Counted from the first letter of the stretch, positions 12,157-25,580 are shown. The stretch: DNA of 64,000 bases from Callorhinchus milii (GCF_018977255.1 NW_024704742.1:2854001-2918000); one strand, 5' to 3'. Translations and numbers: made by a program. Notes: generated from the sequence alone by a model not told the origin.

Positions 12157-12445
12157 TTAATAATAATAATCCTTGCATTTGATGTAGCGCCTCATCACTT
12201 TGTTGAGACGTCTCAAAGTGCTTCACCGAATATACTGTAAAGTGAATTGACTGTGTATTTTGTGGGCGAAACGCGGCAGCCAATTGCGCGCAGCAGCGTC
12301 CCGACAAACAGCCGTGGGTTGAGTGACCCAATTTTTTTTGGAGAAATTATTAGCCCTGGAAAGCGAACGGCCAATCGACTAACAAGCGGGTTCCTACTTA
12401 CTGCTGGGTAAACAGTCGTGTGGAATAAGGAAACTTGCCTAAGGT
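12157..12445 (-). mobile_element. SINE family A, long form, 5'-truncated
   Basis: Tail, Deu-like block and long linker present; tRNA head missing. Confidence 0.9.
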
Positions 12446-13251
12446 GGTGTGTGTGTTTTATCAAAATCTTTGATGGGGTAAAAGATACATCATTGTCGCG
12501 AATGCAGTGGCATCAAAACCTTAATGTTAAATTGCGATCTGACTGTGAGCGAGGCCGAGCTGAGAGCTTGCGCTGTGTTGACAGGGCAAGGCTCTGAAAG
12601 AGTGACAGAGAGAGAGAAAGAAATATCACTAGCGGATGAGGAGAGCTGTTTTATACGGTCGGTCTAATACTCCCCAGCCCTCCAGGGAACTCGGGGTAAA
12701 AGCTGCTCTACTTCCAGAGGGCAGAAAAGTGGGAAATACATGTGCCAAGCTGTAAATAATCTCTTGACGCTGATGAACACAGACGGGACCTAAGGTTACT
12801 TTACACGAGAAACCAACCCGATCCCAAAATCTGCCTTTTTGCAGCTTTAAGATACGATTCCCTGCGCACGGAAAGGGACCGGCGATGTCACACAGCTCTG
12901 CGTGTAATTTTCAAGCTGCCAATCATGGGGACAGTTTCATTTCCACTCCAAAAAAAAACTCCTACCGACGGCCAGGCAAGTAAACAGAATCACAGCAAGC
13001 TAAACAGCAGCAGGAAATGAAACCCGATAATGGAAGCTAAGAGCGCAAGATAGAAGCTTATTGCAGCACCTGTCTGTCGTGCCTGACACAACATTGATGC
13101 TGTAAAGGGATAACTGCATTTCTCCAGGCTTCACCGGTTATCTGTTGACTCCAGTTAACCAAATGCTTCCCCATTTTCTTGCTTGTGGATTTACGTTCAC
13201 CATGCAGCACCGGCGTTGACTTTTTTTTTCCCCTTGTATTAGTTGGCCGTG

Positions 13252-13551
13252 TAATAATAATAATAATAATAATAATCCTTGCATTTGATATAGCGCTTTT
13301 CACGTCGGGAGGACGTCCCAAAGCGCTTCACAGAACACACTGTAAAGTGAATTGACTGTATGTTTGTGGGCGAACGCGGCAGCCAATTGCGCACAGCAAT
13401 GTCCCACAAACAGTCGTGGATTGAAAATAACCAATTTATTATTGTTTTTGGTTTTGGAGGGATTATTATTAGGCTCTGTGTGGAGTAAGGAAACTTGCCC
13501 AAGGTTTCGCCCTCTGCCTGGAATTGAACTCAGGTCTCTCACTTGCAAAGT
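13252..13551 (-). mobile_element. SINE family A, short young subfamily, slightly 5'-truncated
   Basis: Almost identical to 23145-23473 and 31039-31369. Confidence 0.92.
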
Positions 13552-14393
13552 GTACTTGCTTTCTGTTTATTTAACCCATCCTACGTTCGGGATCGATGAA
13601 GGTAGCCGATGACTTCATCCTGTGAAGCGCTCTGGGACATCCTCCTAACGTGGGAAAGAGCTATTCTGAATTAAGGATCATTAGTTTGAAGTGACTTGCA
13701 CCGTGGTGGAGGATTTATATTTACTTGAGCTACCCTGACACTTGATTGCTGTTTGAGTATTTAGGGCCCCAGAATCCACGCTCTGGAGTGAATCGTGGAG
13801 TCTTCATTTTTCTTCACTGATCTTCTGGCCTTTGACTCGCTCTGAACAGGGTTTCGCAGACACCCTCTGGTTCCTGTTTGGTGCTGATGGGCCGAACAGC
13901 CGTCCTTTTGGGCTATAGGTCTCTTTGCTTCTGTAACAACGGATCTGGTTTACATGAACGTGGTAGAGGACGTCGAGTGAGAGAATGTGGCGTGAAAAAT
14001 ATTTCAATTTCTTGAGCCTCAATTTAGAGCTGGTTTATGAGCAGAATTTGTTTCTGATCTCTAAACTCCCCCGAGAAGTCTCTTTATACGTCAGGTTCAC
14101 TGTCCTTTTTAAATAAATTATACTAAATCTCATTAGAAATGAAGATCAGAGAAGGCGGAGGGTTTAAAGTACTTCAAATGCATTCATAGTCACTTTTAAT
14201 ACCAGACCTGAATTAATATAATATAATTATTCTTAATAAGTATTTTATAAGCTTCTCTTGGCCAGAATGGAGCACTCACAAAATGAGATGTATATATATG
14301 TATATATAATTTCATATATACTCGATGTCATAACAATTCAGAACATTTGTTTAAAAGCCACTCTTGTTTTGACAATCGCCAATTGAGTACAGA

Positions 14394-14515
14394 GATAATA
14401 ATGATAATAATAATAATTCTTGCATTTGATATAGCGCCTTATCATGTCTTTGAGATGTCTCAAAATGCTTCACAGAATATGCTGTAAAGTGAATTGACTG
14501 TGTATTTTGTGGGGG
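14394..14515 (-). mobile_element. SINE 3' fragment
   Basis: (AAT)n plus tgcatttgatatagcgccttatcatgtc tail complement. Confidence 0.8.
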
Positions 14516-15339
14516 ATATCTCAGGTAGTTTGTAGCTTCCAGCAGTAAAGGACACATCACTAAAGGATCCTTTTACTTCTGTGAAACGTAAGTACTGGAA
14601 GGAGAAGAAATCATTCAGCACATCAAGGACAGCCGTAGACCATGCAAAAACACTCCATCATGACCTTCAGTCCCATCCATTCTTTCTTCCGGAGAAAGCG
14701 GTGATTAAATAATTCCCTGAACTTTAAATGTAATAAAGCAAAACCTTCAGAAATTCACTCATCTCCACTTATTAACCCTGGCCTCCCCTCTCCATCGAGA
14801 GAACACTCCTTCTCTCCAATCCTAGCACCATAGTTATTGCACAGTTACGAGCATTTGTTGAACTCATTCTGCACCTCTTCCAAAACTGTCCTCCACTGAC
14901 CCATTCCTTTTTGCTGGAGCAAATTACGGCAGATTTGCCACGTGCAGCAGCACTTTTGGGTAAAGTGGTAGATCAAAGATGCTTGTGCGGTCCCCAGATT
15001 ATCCTGGTCTGCTCATGTGTGACCCTGTACATTTAAACACAATTCCTGGAAAGTGTTCTCTGGTCAGTTGAGTCCTTGAGTAAGAGTAGCCTAATCAAAT
15101 GCTGCAATGTCAGTTCATCCAAAAGGTCTTGTTCTACCCAACCATGTGCAGAGATTGGCATTGGTTATTGTGTCTTTCAGACTTTTTGTTAGATTAAACC
15201 TAATCTTTGTTAAATCGATTGCTGTCCAATTTATGTTCTATGCTTTAAGCATTGCACTGCTGATAAGGATGGATCTTATTTCAACTCAATTCAACCTCTC
15301 ATTACTTTAAGTCCCATGTGAACAAAACACGTTTTGAAG

Positions 15340-15625
15340 ATTAGATGAGAATATATATTGTTAATGTTGAGGGGCGATATGATTACGGTCTTTAAAATTC
15401 TGAAGGAAATAGATAATGTAGACCATGATAAGCTGTTTTATCTTGTGCTGAACAGTAGAACCAGAGGACACAAAATGTCTTTTGTTTCAAGAACGAATGA
15501 GATAGGTTTCTGCGAGAAAACAATACCTTGCGATGCAGTGTATAGTTTGGGCCACGACCTGTCAAGTGACTGCCAGGATGGTGGAAGGTGAACTAGATGG
15601 ACCGTGGTCTTAGGTTCTTATGTTT
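15340..15625 (+). mobile_element. CR1 LINE 3' fragment
   Basis: Translation LRGDMITVFKILK...SRTRGHK is typical of the CR1 ORF2 C-terminus; ends in ttcttatg. Confidence 0.8.
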
Positions 15626-16143
15626 ACTGGCAGATTTCCTGGTGAGTAGACATTCTTTAGGTCACCGAAGTACGGATGAAGGGCGCCATATCAATGCAAG
15701 TTGTTGTTGCTATGTGAGATTGGGGGGAGGGGAGGGGAGGGGAGGGGGGAGTGGATGAAAGATAAAATGATTTGCGACCCACCAATTGAAAAGACAAGCT
15801 TGTGCATTTCTGGAACCCTACTTCTTGAAGTGCAAGTCACCTGGGAAAAAATATTAATGATCGCAGGACGGGTAATGCTGACGAAGATATCTGTCAAGTT
15901 CACGTCATTTATGTTTCCGTTGAAAAGGAAAATGAAGTGTGTTGAAAAAAATCGCAGACCTAATATCAAAGCAGGAGGTGATCAGGTCCCAGTATCGCCT
16001 TTGGAACTCTAATGGTTTAGAGTTTGTGGCATTTTGCAATAAATGGTAGATGTTGGTTAAAAAAAAATGAAGACACTTTGCTCGTCTGCTGTTCATTTTC
16101 ACATCTGGCTTTGCTGAACTTACAATAATACATTGGCCACTGT

Positions 16144-16319
16144 CCAAGCAGTGGCTTTGCCAACCTAATACTCTCTGGAATTAGGTAAGCAGGTTGCGTC
16201 TCTCTGGGGAGAGAGCGCGCATTACATTCTAATGCAGGAATTTCCATGTGCAGGTGGCATACATGAAATTCTGCTTGATTTGGATAGTCTTAAGCATGGT
16301 AATGGCTTTCCGCACCTGG
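16144..16319 (+). repeat. Unclassified interspersed repeat F, copy 1 of 5
   Basis: Aligns by eye with 25398-25580, 46030-46232, 49862-50113 and 55440-55623. Confidence 0.75.
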
Positions 16320-17150
16320 CTGGATCAAAAAATAACGCGAGAAAAATTCTAGGCATCTTTACTTCCCGAGTCATCAAACGTTGCCCCGCAGATTTCTTGC
16401 TGTGCTCAGGTTTTGCTACTTGTATTCTCTGTTTACTTGAGTGATTACTTTACTTACTTGAAGCTAAATGCCTATTCATGACACTCCTCACCTGCATTAG
16501 ATTATCTTTCTTCCCCTGTATTATTTCTCCCTCGCTCCGTGCTCTTGCAAAGCTCTCTGAATCGCAACCCTGTACGAAGGGCGTTTTATAAATGCAAGTT
16601 GCTGTTTTTTGATCATTTTGCACAAGGAACACAATATGAAACACAGCAAACTTTACCCCTGGCTTTCTGAGTTCTCTTACGAACGGTACAGTTTCCACTA
16701 AAAATGTTATCATTGGCATTAATATGTAAACGGATGTTAATCAAACTGATGCACCTATTGCTGTACTGGACGTAAATCCGAGCTATATAATTGTGCATGT
16801 CATAGCTTCTTTCCAGACAACCTGTCCTGTAGGATCAATCCGTTGGAAGATTGCGGGTATTTGATACAAATCAGAGATGTTGTTCTGCTAAATCTTAACA
16901 ATATATCTGACTTATGCTTTCAACTTCAGATTGTTGTACCTGGCAGGATAACTAATGTATGGCTCGGAGGAGATTTGTTTTTAATATCAAACGCCCCATC
17001 CCCTACGAGCCAGTTCTATGATCAAATATTTATTCAAGTAATCAGCCTTCAAATCTGATTTCAGCGACCATTAACAGAAGAATAAATTACTGTTCACTGT
17101 CTCACTAGTAAGTCAGGAATGCTTCACAGTGCACTGTGGGTATGTAACAC

Positions 17151-17285
17151 AAAAATCTTAACTTCTCTTGTTTTTAATGTTTTATATGTGTGTGTGTGTG
17201 TGTATTTGATATATATATTTTATATATATATGTTATATATAATATACACATAAAACATTAAAACAGGAGAAGTTAAGATTTTTTT
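17151..17285. repeat. Inverted repeat with ~35-bp arms around a (TG)n/(TA)n spacer
   Basis: aaaaatcttaacttctcttgtttttaatgttttat versus reverse complement of the right arm aaaaatcttaacttctcctgttttaatgttttat. Confidence 0.9.
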
Positions 17286-17339
17286 GCTCCATGCACACGT
17301 TATATATCCTCTCGTTTATATATATATTCAACTTTGCGA

Positions 17340-18152
17340 TTTAAATTTGGGAAATTCGCAAGTCTTAGTAAATACTGAGGACGATCAAAATAAAATGCTA
17401 GTGGACATTGATAGGATAGCTGAAAGGGCAACAAGTGGCAGATGGAGTTCAACGAAAAAACATGCGAGATAGTTCATTCCCGAGAGGAAAAACATAGGAA
17501 GAACCTAAATCTTAAAAGGTGAATCTTAAAGGGGTAGAAGAACAGAGGGATCTGGGAGTGCAGATTCACAGGTCACTGAAGCCAGTGATCCAGATGGATG
17601 AGGCTAATACAGAACCCAATGGGACCTTGTGATCTATAGCTATAGGAATAGAGCGTAAAGCTAAAGAGTTCATGTTGAATTTGTATAGAACATTGTTGGA
17701 ATTGGTCGCAGTTGGAATACTGTGTGTAGTTTTGGGTTCATTTTAGGATTTATGTAAAAGTGCTGGAATCTGTGCAGAGGAAATTCACGAGGATGTTGCC
17801 TGGAGTGAAGAAATACTGTTATAACTATGGGGCTCTATTCTTTCGAGGGGATATGATAAAGGTATATAAGATGATGGGGTGGATAGGGAAATATTATTTC
17901 CGGTGGTCAGGGGTTTGCAACTAGAGGGGCATAGTTTAAAATCATACCTGTGAAGTCCAGAACAGAGATTAGGAGGAACTTCATCCACACGGAGAATGGT
18001 GAGAGCGTGGAATATTCTGTGAGGGACGTGTGAGGGAAATGGGGAAAGGGATGGAATATGGCACTAGGGATATGGTCTAGGATAGGCACTCGTCCTGGAG
18101 TATATACACTGGATGGACTGGATGAACTGAATGGCCTGTTTCTACACTTTTC
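17340..18152 (+). mobile_element. CR1 LINE, ~0.8 kb 3' portion, decayed
   Basis: Fragmentary translation WQMEFN, RDLGVQIHRSLK, QLEYCV*FW; ends with the gaatggcctgtttct tail. Confidence 0.9.
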
Positions 18153-18169
18153 CATGAATATACTTCAAT

Positions 18170-18300
18170 CACTGGAGATCTGACCAGTGCTCTATACAAA
18201 TATAGCAGCACTTCCTCGCTTTTATATCCAGGATTAATTTTCCTTATTGACCTACACACTGCAGCAGTAAACTGACTTTCTAAGATGTTATGTGTCCAGA
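18170..18300 (-). mobile_element. CR1 ORF2 fragment in opposite orientation
   Basis: Minus-strand translation YKSEEVLLYLYRALVR. Confidence 0.7.
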
Positions 18301-18504
18301 CATCTCTATATATCTATGTATCTATATCGATATATACATATTATCGTTCATCAGAGAATTCATAGCCTTGATAGACAATCTAATCGAGTGCTGGAAATGC
18401 ATCCGATACACATAACGCCTTCTAAACCTTGATATCTCAAACACTTCACAGGTTTTACTATAAAGTGTAGTCGTAAGCAAATGGACAGAACTATGGCGTT
18501 TAAA

Positions 18505-18790
18505 ATAGATGTTAAACTGAGATTCCTTCTGCCAGTTCAGGTGAATTTTAAAGATCCTGTGGCACTATTTTATAAGAGAGGGGAGTTTCTTCTGCTGTCC
18601 GAGCCAGCAATACCCCAAATAAAATTGATTATTCACTTCATGGCTGTTTGTGGGACATCGATGTCTGCGAATTGGCTGTTGCATTCACCTACAAAAATAT
18701 GCAGTCACTACACGTCACAGGGAAACGTGTGAATCGCTTGGGAGTCCAGGCATGAAAGGCGCTGTATCAGACACAAAGATTATTTTTATT
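18505..18790 (+). mobile_element. Deu-domain SINE family B, 5'-truncated
   Basis: aaaagatcctgtggcactatttt...gagtttct...ctgtttgtgggac block. Confidence 0.8.
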
Positions 18791-19589
18791 TATTTTGTGT
18801 TTCCCTCATGTGCAATTTATTCCCGTCTGCCATTCTTGCATCCAGTGTGGGCTACCTCACATCTTACTAGGTTGAATTCCACCTGCCGTCGTTCTCTCCG
18901 TTTGCTTAATCTGTCTATCTATATTCCTTTGGAATTTTGAGTTCTGTCCTTCACAGTTTGCTATGCTTTCTCATCAGCAACCTTGGAATACGTTGCCCTC
19001 TATTCCAATAAAAGGCTACTGCTGCAATGGTGGATTTCAGAAAAACCTTTCTGATTGCTGGCAGGAAGCTGACAGCACCGGGCAGGAATTTGGCAGTGGA
19101 TTAATATTTGCCATGTGCTATTTCCTGGCTGAGCAAGCTGTCAAATGAACCATGTCTAGACCTCTGCCAATACCACTCTCCAACTGACTGACTGCTTCTC
19201 AATACATAACTGTGGTCCAAGTTGAATTAGCCTCTGATATTTTTGCCTTGACTGCCTTCTAGGATTAAGGAGAAATATGTTGTCTATTGAATGTGTTGCT
19301 TCACACTGTTCACCTCCCCCAGGAAATTAAATACTCTAGGAAAGCGTTTTTGCGGGAGTGAAGATTGGGACTCGGATTGTTGGAAGTGATGCGTTCAATA
19401 GGAAAACTGACCTTAACCCATTTGTGTATTCTTGAGAAAAAAAAAGAGGTCACCAGTTGAAGCTTTTGAATCGACAAAGGCTGGTTTGGAACAGAAGTTA
19501 ACATAACTTCTGGTGAGGGCTATAGGCAGCGAAAGTTGACGTTATTTTAGACAGGTCTATGAGAGCAGTCAAAGATCAACTATTCCCTA

Positions 19590-19975
19590 AAGGACTAAAC
19601 GAGAATTTAGGAGAAACTACTTCACGCAGAGAGGGTAGTGAGAATGTGGAACTCACTGCCTGAAACAGTGGTTGAAACAGTTTGTATAAATATATTGAAG
19701 AAGAAGCTAAAATATAGATATGAGGAAAAGGGAATAGAAGGATATGGGAGGAACTAAGTAGGTGGGGAGTTGTACAGAGTATAAGTACCGGCGTAGACTG
19801 ATTGGGCCGAATGGCCTGTTTCTGTAATATACAATATATGTGAATCTATGGATATTAGGACATCCAATGTCTCCACCCTCCCCAACTCCCAGCTCAGGTC
19901 CAAAACTCTGTCTGCCCAGCACCTTGGGACATCCTCCCGACGCGAAAGACGCTTTACAAATGTAATTTTGTTGTA
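19590..19975 (+). mobile_element. CR1 3' fragment followed by an L2 tail
   Basis: ttcacgcagagagggtagtgagaatgtggaactcactgcc ... gggccgaatggcctgtttctg; then cagcaccttgggacatcctcccgacgcgaaagacgct. Confidence 0.8.
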
Positions 19976-20193
19976 AATGAAGTGACCTGATCAGAGGACA
20001 ATGCTGTGGCATTTTATAAGGATAGCGAAACACCCTCCAGAAATGATGTGGGGCAGTTCAGTCTGCAATACTGGGAACCGCTGGTGGAATCTTTATGAAG
20101 CACAAAATGAAATAGCATTGCAGGCGGATTATTAATTGAACGCAAACTGGACTGCATTTGTCCCAACTCAGCACCAAAGATTATCAACTGAGG

Positions 20194-20460
20194 TAATAAT
20201 AATAATAATGATGATAATTGCATGTGATGTAGCGCTTTTCACGTCTTTGTGACGTTTCAAAGCGCTTCACAGGATATCCTGTAAAATGAATTGACTATAT
20301 TTGTGGGCGAAACGTGGCAGCCAATTGCACACAGTAGTGTCCCATAAACGGTCCCACAAATTTTATTTATTTCCATGAGGGATTATTTTCAGGCATTTGG
20401 TGTAAGGGAACTTGCCCAGGGTTTTGCCCTGCCGGGAATCAAACCCAGGTCTCTCACTTA
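20194..20460 (-). mobile_element. SINE family A, short form, diverged
   Basis: Tail, Deu-like block and partial head (ccgggaatcaaacccagg). Confidence 0.8.
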
Positions 20461-21032
20461 ACTGCAGGAAAATACAAAAGCAAAATACCGCAAAACAATC
20501 CTGAATTGTCAGCCGGTAAGTTTCAGATACCTAATATATGATAATTTGCCAGAGATGATTTTCATCTGGAAATCCTATGACACTAACATAAAGAAGTAAT
20601 TGCATTTGTTTTAATTAGCCAATGAGTGAATTTCACCGGCAGTACTTAACAAGAGAATTGCTGTCTCTTCCAAGTCATCTGAAAGCTTATTATGCAGGGA
20701 ACAAGTGCCTGTTAAATTTTTCATTATTTTATTCAATTTTTCGCTGAATTATAATGGCCTCTTCAATCACCAGTTGCTGTAGCTTCAGCTCCTATACATT
20801 AATCAACTTTTTTTACACACACAAGGACGACAGTGCTGGATCATCTTGTTAAAAGGGATAGATGTAAATGAGTTTTTGTGAACAGTGGGAGTGTGTGACT
20901 ATGGTGTGAAAGAGATCGTATTCAGTGGTCTATCAGCTTCGGAGAGTACACACAGTGCCCACAAATTATAGTACTAACATAGGAGAATCAACTGTTAGGA
21001 AAACTACAACTTTGCACTCAAAAGCAAGTCCA

Positions 21033-21270
21033 AGAAATTCTACCCGGGGTTCAGATTTACTCTTATTGGAAGCGTACGTAGCGGTTTAGAACTTCTGGAC
21101 GGTTGCATTTTGCCTCAAGACTCAGTTTGAAGTAGATTTCTGCTTAATAGTGACTTGCAGAAAACTCACTTCAAAACTATTGGCCTTTTTTTAAGAATTT
21201 GGCCAATTTTGAAGTTCTAAAAATGCCGTTGACATTAATAGAGTAAGTCCAGAACCCGGGTGGAATTTCT
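21033..21270. mobile_element. Foldback/MITE-like imperfect palindrome
   Basis: Terminal arms agaaattctacccggggttcagatttactc and gagtaagtccagaacccgggtggaatttct, with further internal complementary blocks. Confidence 0.7.
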
Positions 21271-21347
21271 CTCTAGCATTGTGCCAAAATATAAAATAAA
21301 ATAAATTTGAATACATGGACGGGCGGTTGGTTTGGGGGTGGGAGAAG

Positions 21348-21500
21348 TAATAATAATAATCCTTAGATTTGTTATAGCGCCTTATCACGTCATTGAGACG
21401 TCGCAAAGCGCTGCACAGAACATACTGTAAAATGTACTGACTGCGTACTTTGTGGGCGAAAAAGGTCAGACAATTGCGCGCCACAGTGTCCCAAAACAGT
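21348..21500 (-). mobile_element. SINE 3' fragment
   Basis: Family tail complement. Confidence 0.8.
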
Positions 21501-22859
21501 TTTAAAAAAGAAAGAGAAGCAAAGGGACGTGGTGACTGAAACATTCTTCAATTTAATATGATAGCCAAGAAAAGTAGATGGAAATTTTAATGTTGAATCT
21601 TTATAGCTTAATCAAGCAAGAATATGTAGCTAGGGATTGCAATCCAAATTGCTATGCTCTGGATACAGCCCACTCAAGAGGAAAGAGTGGGTGATCTTTT
21701 TTTTACGCTCCTCAGTTTAGATCCTGTAATCTGATACAGCAGCCTTTAAGTGCAATGAAGAACATGCAGTACAATTTGCATTTATATAGCGCCTTTCACG
21801 TGGGGAGGACATCCCAAAGACATTTCAAACATGAGTAAGAGCAGCTGCCATCCGAAGCTGGCTCCAAGCCTAAGTCTTGAAGATCTGGCTGGTTAGGAAA
21901 TGCTGCTCATCACAGCAGAGAATCCAGCTCTAAGCAAACGTCCAAAGTTGGTTCTTGTGCCAATGATCACGTTTGTGCACTGGTGCTCTGATCATCAGCT
22001 TAATCTGCTTTGTAGATAATACTGTGAAAGCAGAAGCCATTTCCCAGCCAGACAGGGACCCCGTTTTACAGATATCTTCCGATTCTGGTGTACTTCTCAG
22101 TAAAACTACCTACTTGCAATGCTATAAGGAGTTAATGTGGCTTTTCACTTCTCCAGCAGATCAAAATTGTTAGGGCTCTCATCTGCAAATCAATTTATTC
22201 GAAAGAATGAATCCAGAAATCTCTCTACATCCCATGACCATTGCCTGGGGCATCATAAACTCACTAAGTGATAAAGACGCATGATTTCACAGAGGCACAA
22301 TGGCAGTAATGCATACAGACATATTTATTGATCATGCTTTTTGGTAGTTAAGCGCTGAAGGCCTCCTGTCTATGAAACTATATCACGGCTGTCGAAATTC
22401 ATTTCGCTTGAGACCGTTATGAGTCATCGGAGCAGGAGAGATTCATCAATCCACCAGGTTTCCTGCCTGTCCAGCAGTTCCCCCTAAACCGGTCAGAATT
22501 CAGCAGCTAATTTTCCAGGTTGCAGAATGGCCTTGCTCCCTGTCTTGGATGTGTGTGTTTCATTTAACAACCAAAAGAAAACAGCAACAGCGCAGTTAGA
22601 TGTTTCTAATTACTGGGACAAGGCTGTGGGAATATGACTACTGTGTTCATACAATGCCTTCAGGTGGAAAGCCTTTCTGTTTGCTTTTTATGATGACTGC
22701 AGGCCCGTTCCTGCTTCGTATAAACCTTACTGAAAATCTACAGTGTTGTGGACTCGCCACCCTGCATCTGCTTAATCCATCCATCTAACCCCCTTCATTA
22801 AATTGCCTTTCGTATGTTTACTTAATCGTAGGATCAGGCCTCAGGTTAGGATCATATGT

Positions 22860-23562
22860 GGAGTCCTGTAGCTCAGTGGTTAGAGCACTCGCCTCGCAAG
22901 CGAGAGACCTGGGTTTAATTCCCGGCAGGGCGAAACCTTGGGCAAGTTTCCTTACTCCACCCGCCTCTGTTTAACTAGCAGTAAGTAGGAACCCGGTTGT
23001 TAGTCAATTGGTGGATCGCTCTTCCGGGGGTAATAAACCCTTCAAAAAAAAATTGGTTACTTCAATCCACGACTGTTTGTGGGGACGCTGCTCTGCGCAA
23101 TTGGCTGCCGCGTTTCGCCCACAAAATATACAGTCAATTCACTTATAATAATAATAATAATAATCCTTGCATTTGATATAGCGCTTTTCACGTCGGGAGG
23201 ACGTCCCAAAGCGCTTCACAGAATAGACTGTAAAGTGAATTGACTGTATATTTGTGGGCGAACGCGGCAGCCAATTGCGCACAGCAATGTCCCACAAACA
23301 GTCGTAGATTGAAAATGACCAATTTTATTATTGTTTTTTGTTTTTTGGAGGGATTATTATTAGGCTCTGTGTGGAGTAAGGAAACTTGCCCAAGGTTTCG
23401 CCCTCTGCCTGGAATTGAACTCAGGTCTCTCACTTGCAAAGCGAGTGCTCTAACCACTGAGCTACAGGACTCCACAAGATGCTTCACAGCATCTTCTATG
23501 AAGCGCTTTGAGACGTCTCGAAGACGTGATAAGGAGCTATATCAAATGGAAAGAATATTATT
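22860..23562 (+). mobile_element. SINE family A, long form, interrupted at 23144/23482 by an antisense SINE
   Basis: Intact head ggagtcctgtagctcagtggttagagc; the body stops at cagtcaattcactt and the missing tail follows the insert. Confidence 0.85.
23145..23473 (-). mobile_element. SINE family A, short young subfamily, full length
   Basis: A box, B box, Deu-like block, L2-like tail and (TTA)n. Confidence 0.95.
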
Positions 23563-23859
23563 TTTAAAGGATTGTGCAAATTTGCGGCTCTGATATTGAG
23601 GGTTGGCATTAGACCTGGTTAATAATGCCCCTCTGGTCGCAGATGGTAGAAGGTGTATGACAACTTTCCCAGACTCCCTGTGGGAAGATTCCTGTTCGAG
23701 GCTTGGCACCTTCTCTGATGGCAATACTAAAGCTGCAAACCGAGCAAGGCCAGATGGAGCCCAGTAGCCTTTTCTGGTCCTGTATGTCTCTCTGTCACTG
23801 GGTATATTTGCTGTGTGGGGATATATGTTTCTGTTCCCGCTGGCTTCCTCCCATTCGGC

Positions 23860-24125
23860 ACATTCTTCAATCCTTCTGTTCCACCATTGGGACCAAAGCC
23901 TTCAGCTGTTACACCCCATGCTTTCTGGAACTCTTTTCCCAAAATTATTTGCCTCGTTTCCTCTCCCCCTGTATTCAGAAGCTTCCTAAAGTGTATTTTT
24001 TTTTCAGCTGTGCTTTTGGCCAAACCTCCCTGTTCCCCATTGAGCACTTCCGATCGGAATTGCTAAATATTTTGAGGCGTTCATACAGCGTGAAAGGCAT
24101 TATATATAAACACAAGTTGTTGCTT
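23860..24125 (+). mobile_element. L2 LINE 3' fragment
   Basis: ccaccattgggaccaaagccttcagctg...ctggaactct and tail gcgtgaaaggcattatatataaacacaagttgttg. Confidence 0.7.
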
Positions 24126-25397
24126 AAGTATTGCATTTATATAGTGTCTTTCACGTTGGGAGGATGTCTCAAAGACATCTCATAGGAATGGCTGCCGTGT
24201 GAAACCTTTTGAACCATGTGAACCATTCTCAGACTCCTTCTGACTCTCTCTCTCTCTCTCATCGCATCTCGTTCAAAGCCAGGACCATCAAGCATCTTGC
24301 GATGTTCTCCTAACGGAAAAAGGTGCCATATAAATGTACGCATTATATTGTTGCATGTTGACTTTACTTGTGCTGGCGGTGATACAGTGATGACGTTTTT
24401 CACTCCAGCTCCAATAATCTATCCCAGAAGTGTCTCTTTTGAAAGCATAGGCCAGATTGCAAATATCATAAAGAATTCCTTCCACAAACTATATGAAGTC
24501 TAACCTCAAATTGGTGTCAGTTTACCGCTTCTTTCACAAGTTGTATAAACTCTGCTTAATGTGGGACGTTCCATTGTGAGCACAGATTGAAGGGTTAGTT
24601 GATGGTACGGTTGACTTAACCTACACGGCTCTCTCTCCCCCCCCCAACTTCCATGGTTACCTACATGGCATAAGTCCAACTAGGATTGACCTACCCTTAG
24701 AACGCCAACAATTTACATTGATACAGCACTTTTCACATGAGGTGGACATCACAAAGAGCTTCACACAACTGAGGGTTTGGGCTGAGGAAATGTTACACTG
24801 CCAACATTCCTGACGATCACTCTTTATACTCAGTTCAAACCCAAGTTAAACTCTCCTCTTCCCATCCCCTGAAGAGGATGCTCAGTTATCAATTTCAATA
24901 TTAGTGAAGGGTTGAGTTGATGCACGAGGGTTTCTGACCTCCTGACTAACGCTGAGACGGTGGATTTTTATCTTGCTGCTTTATTACTCTGTGGACCTTT
25001 ACCTAATACAATACAAAATTATATTCACGTTGGGAGGACATCCCAAGGCGCTAATAGGTAGCAGAAGAATGTAGATACCATGAAAGCTTCTGTTTTAGTT
25101 TTCAGTTTTGCAGAGATTTTCTAGCGTTGCATTTGTGGACGTACTGAAAAGAATTTGTAGCATAACCATTCATCAAACTGTGCACCAAATATTGTGTTAT
25201 TTACAATATATACACAGCGGTTAAGTGCTTGCCACTGTTGCAAACTGCAGTTGTTTCTCTTCAGATTTACACCTCTTTTTCTGAACTGACATTTTTTTGT
25301 ATTGTTTTGAAGAAAGTTTAAGATTGCAGGTTTGTCCTGCCCTGTGCAGTGGTGCAGGAAGCACCCGAATATTAGAGACGAGAAAGTATCGTTCACG

Positions 25398-25580
25398 GGC
25401 CAGCCCTTCAGCGCTTCAGGATCTCGGTAAGCAGGACGCATCCCTCCGGGGAGAGAGCGCGCATTTCATTCCAACAATCTACCTCTGGGATCTCAATGTG
25501 TAGCTGGGATCATGGAATTCGCAGCTTGGTTTGGATACTCTTAAGCGTGGCAATTGGTTTCCGCATGTGCAAGACACCTC
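25398..25580 (+). repeat. Unclassified repeat F, copy 2
   Basis: ggtaagcaggacgcatccctccggggagagagcgcgcatt...tttggatactcttaagcgtgg matches copy 1. Confidence 0.75.

Noticed and set aside
22860..22932. tRNA-Ala-like sequence (also at 31039, 49160, 56270 and others)
   Set aside because: These are SINE heads: they continue into the SINE body and lack a proper acceptor stem.
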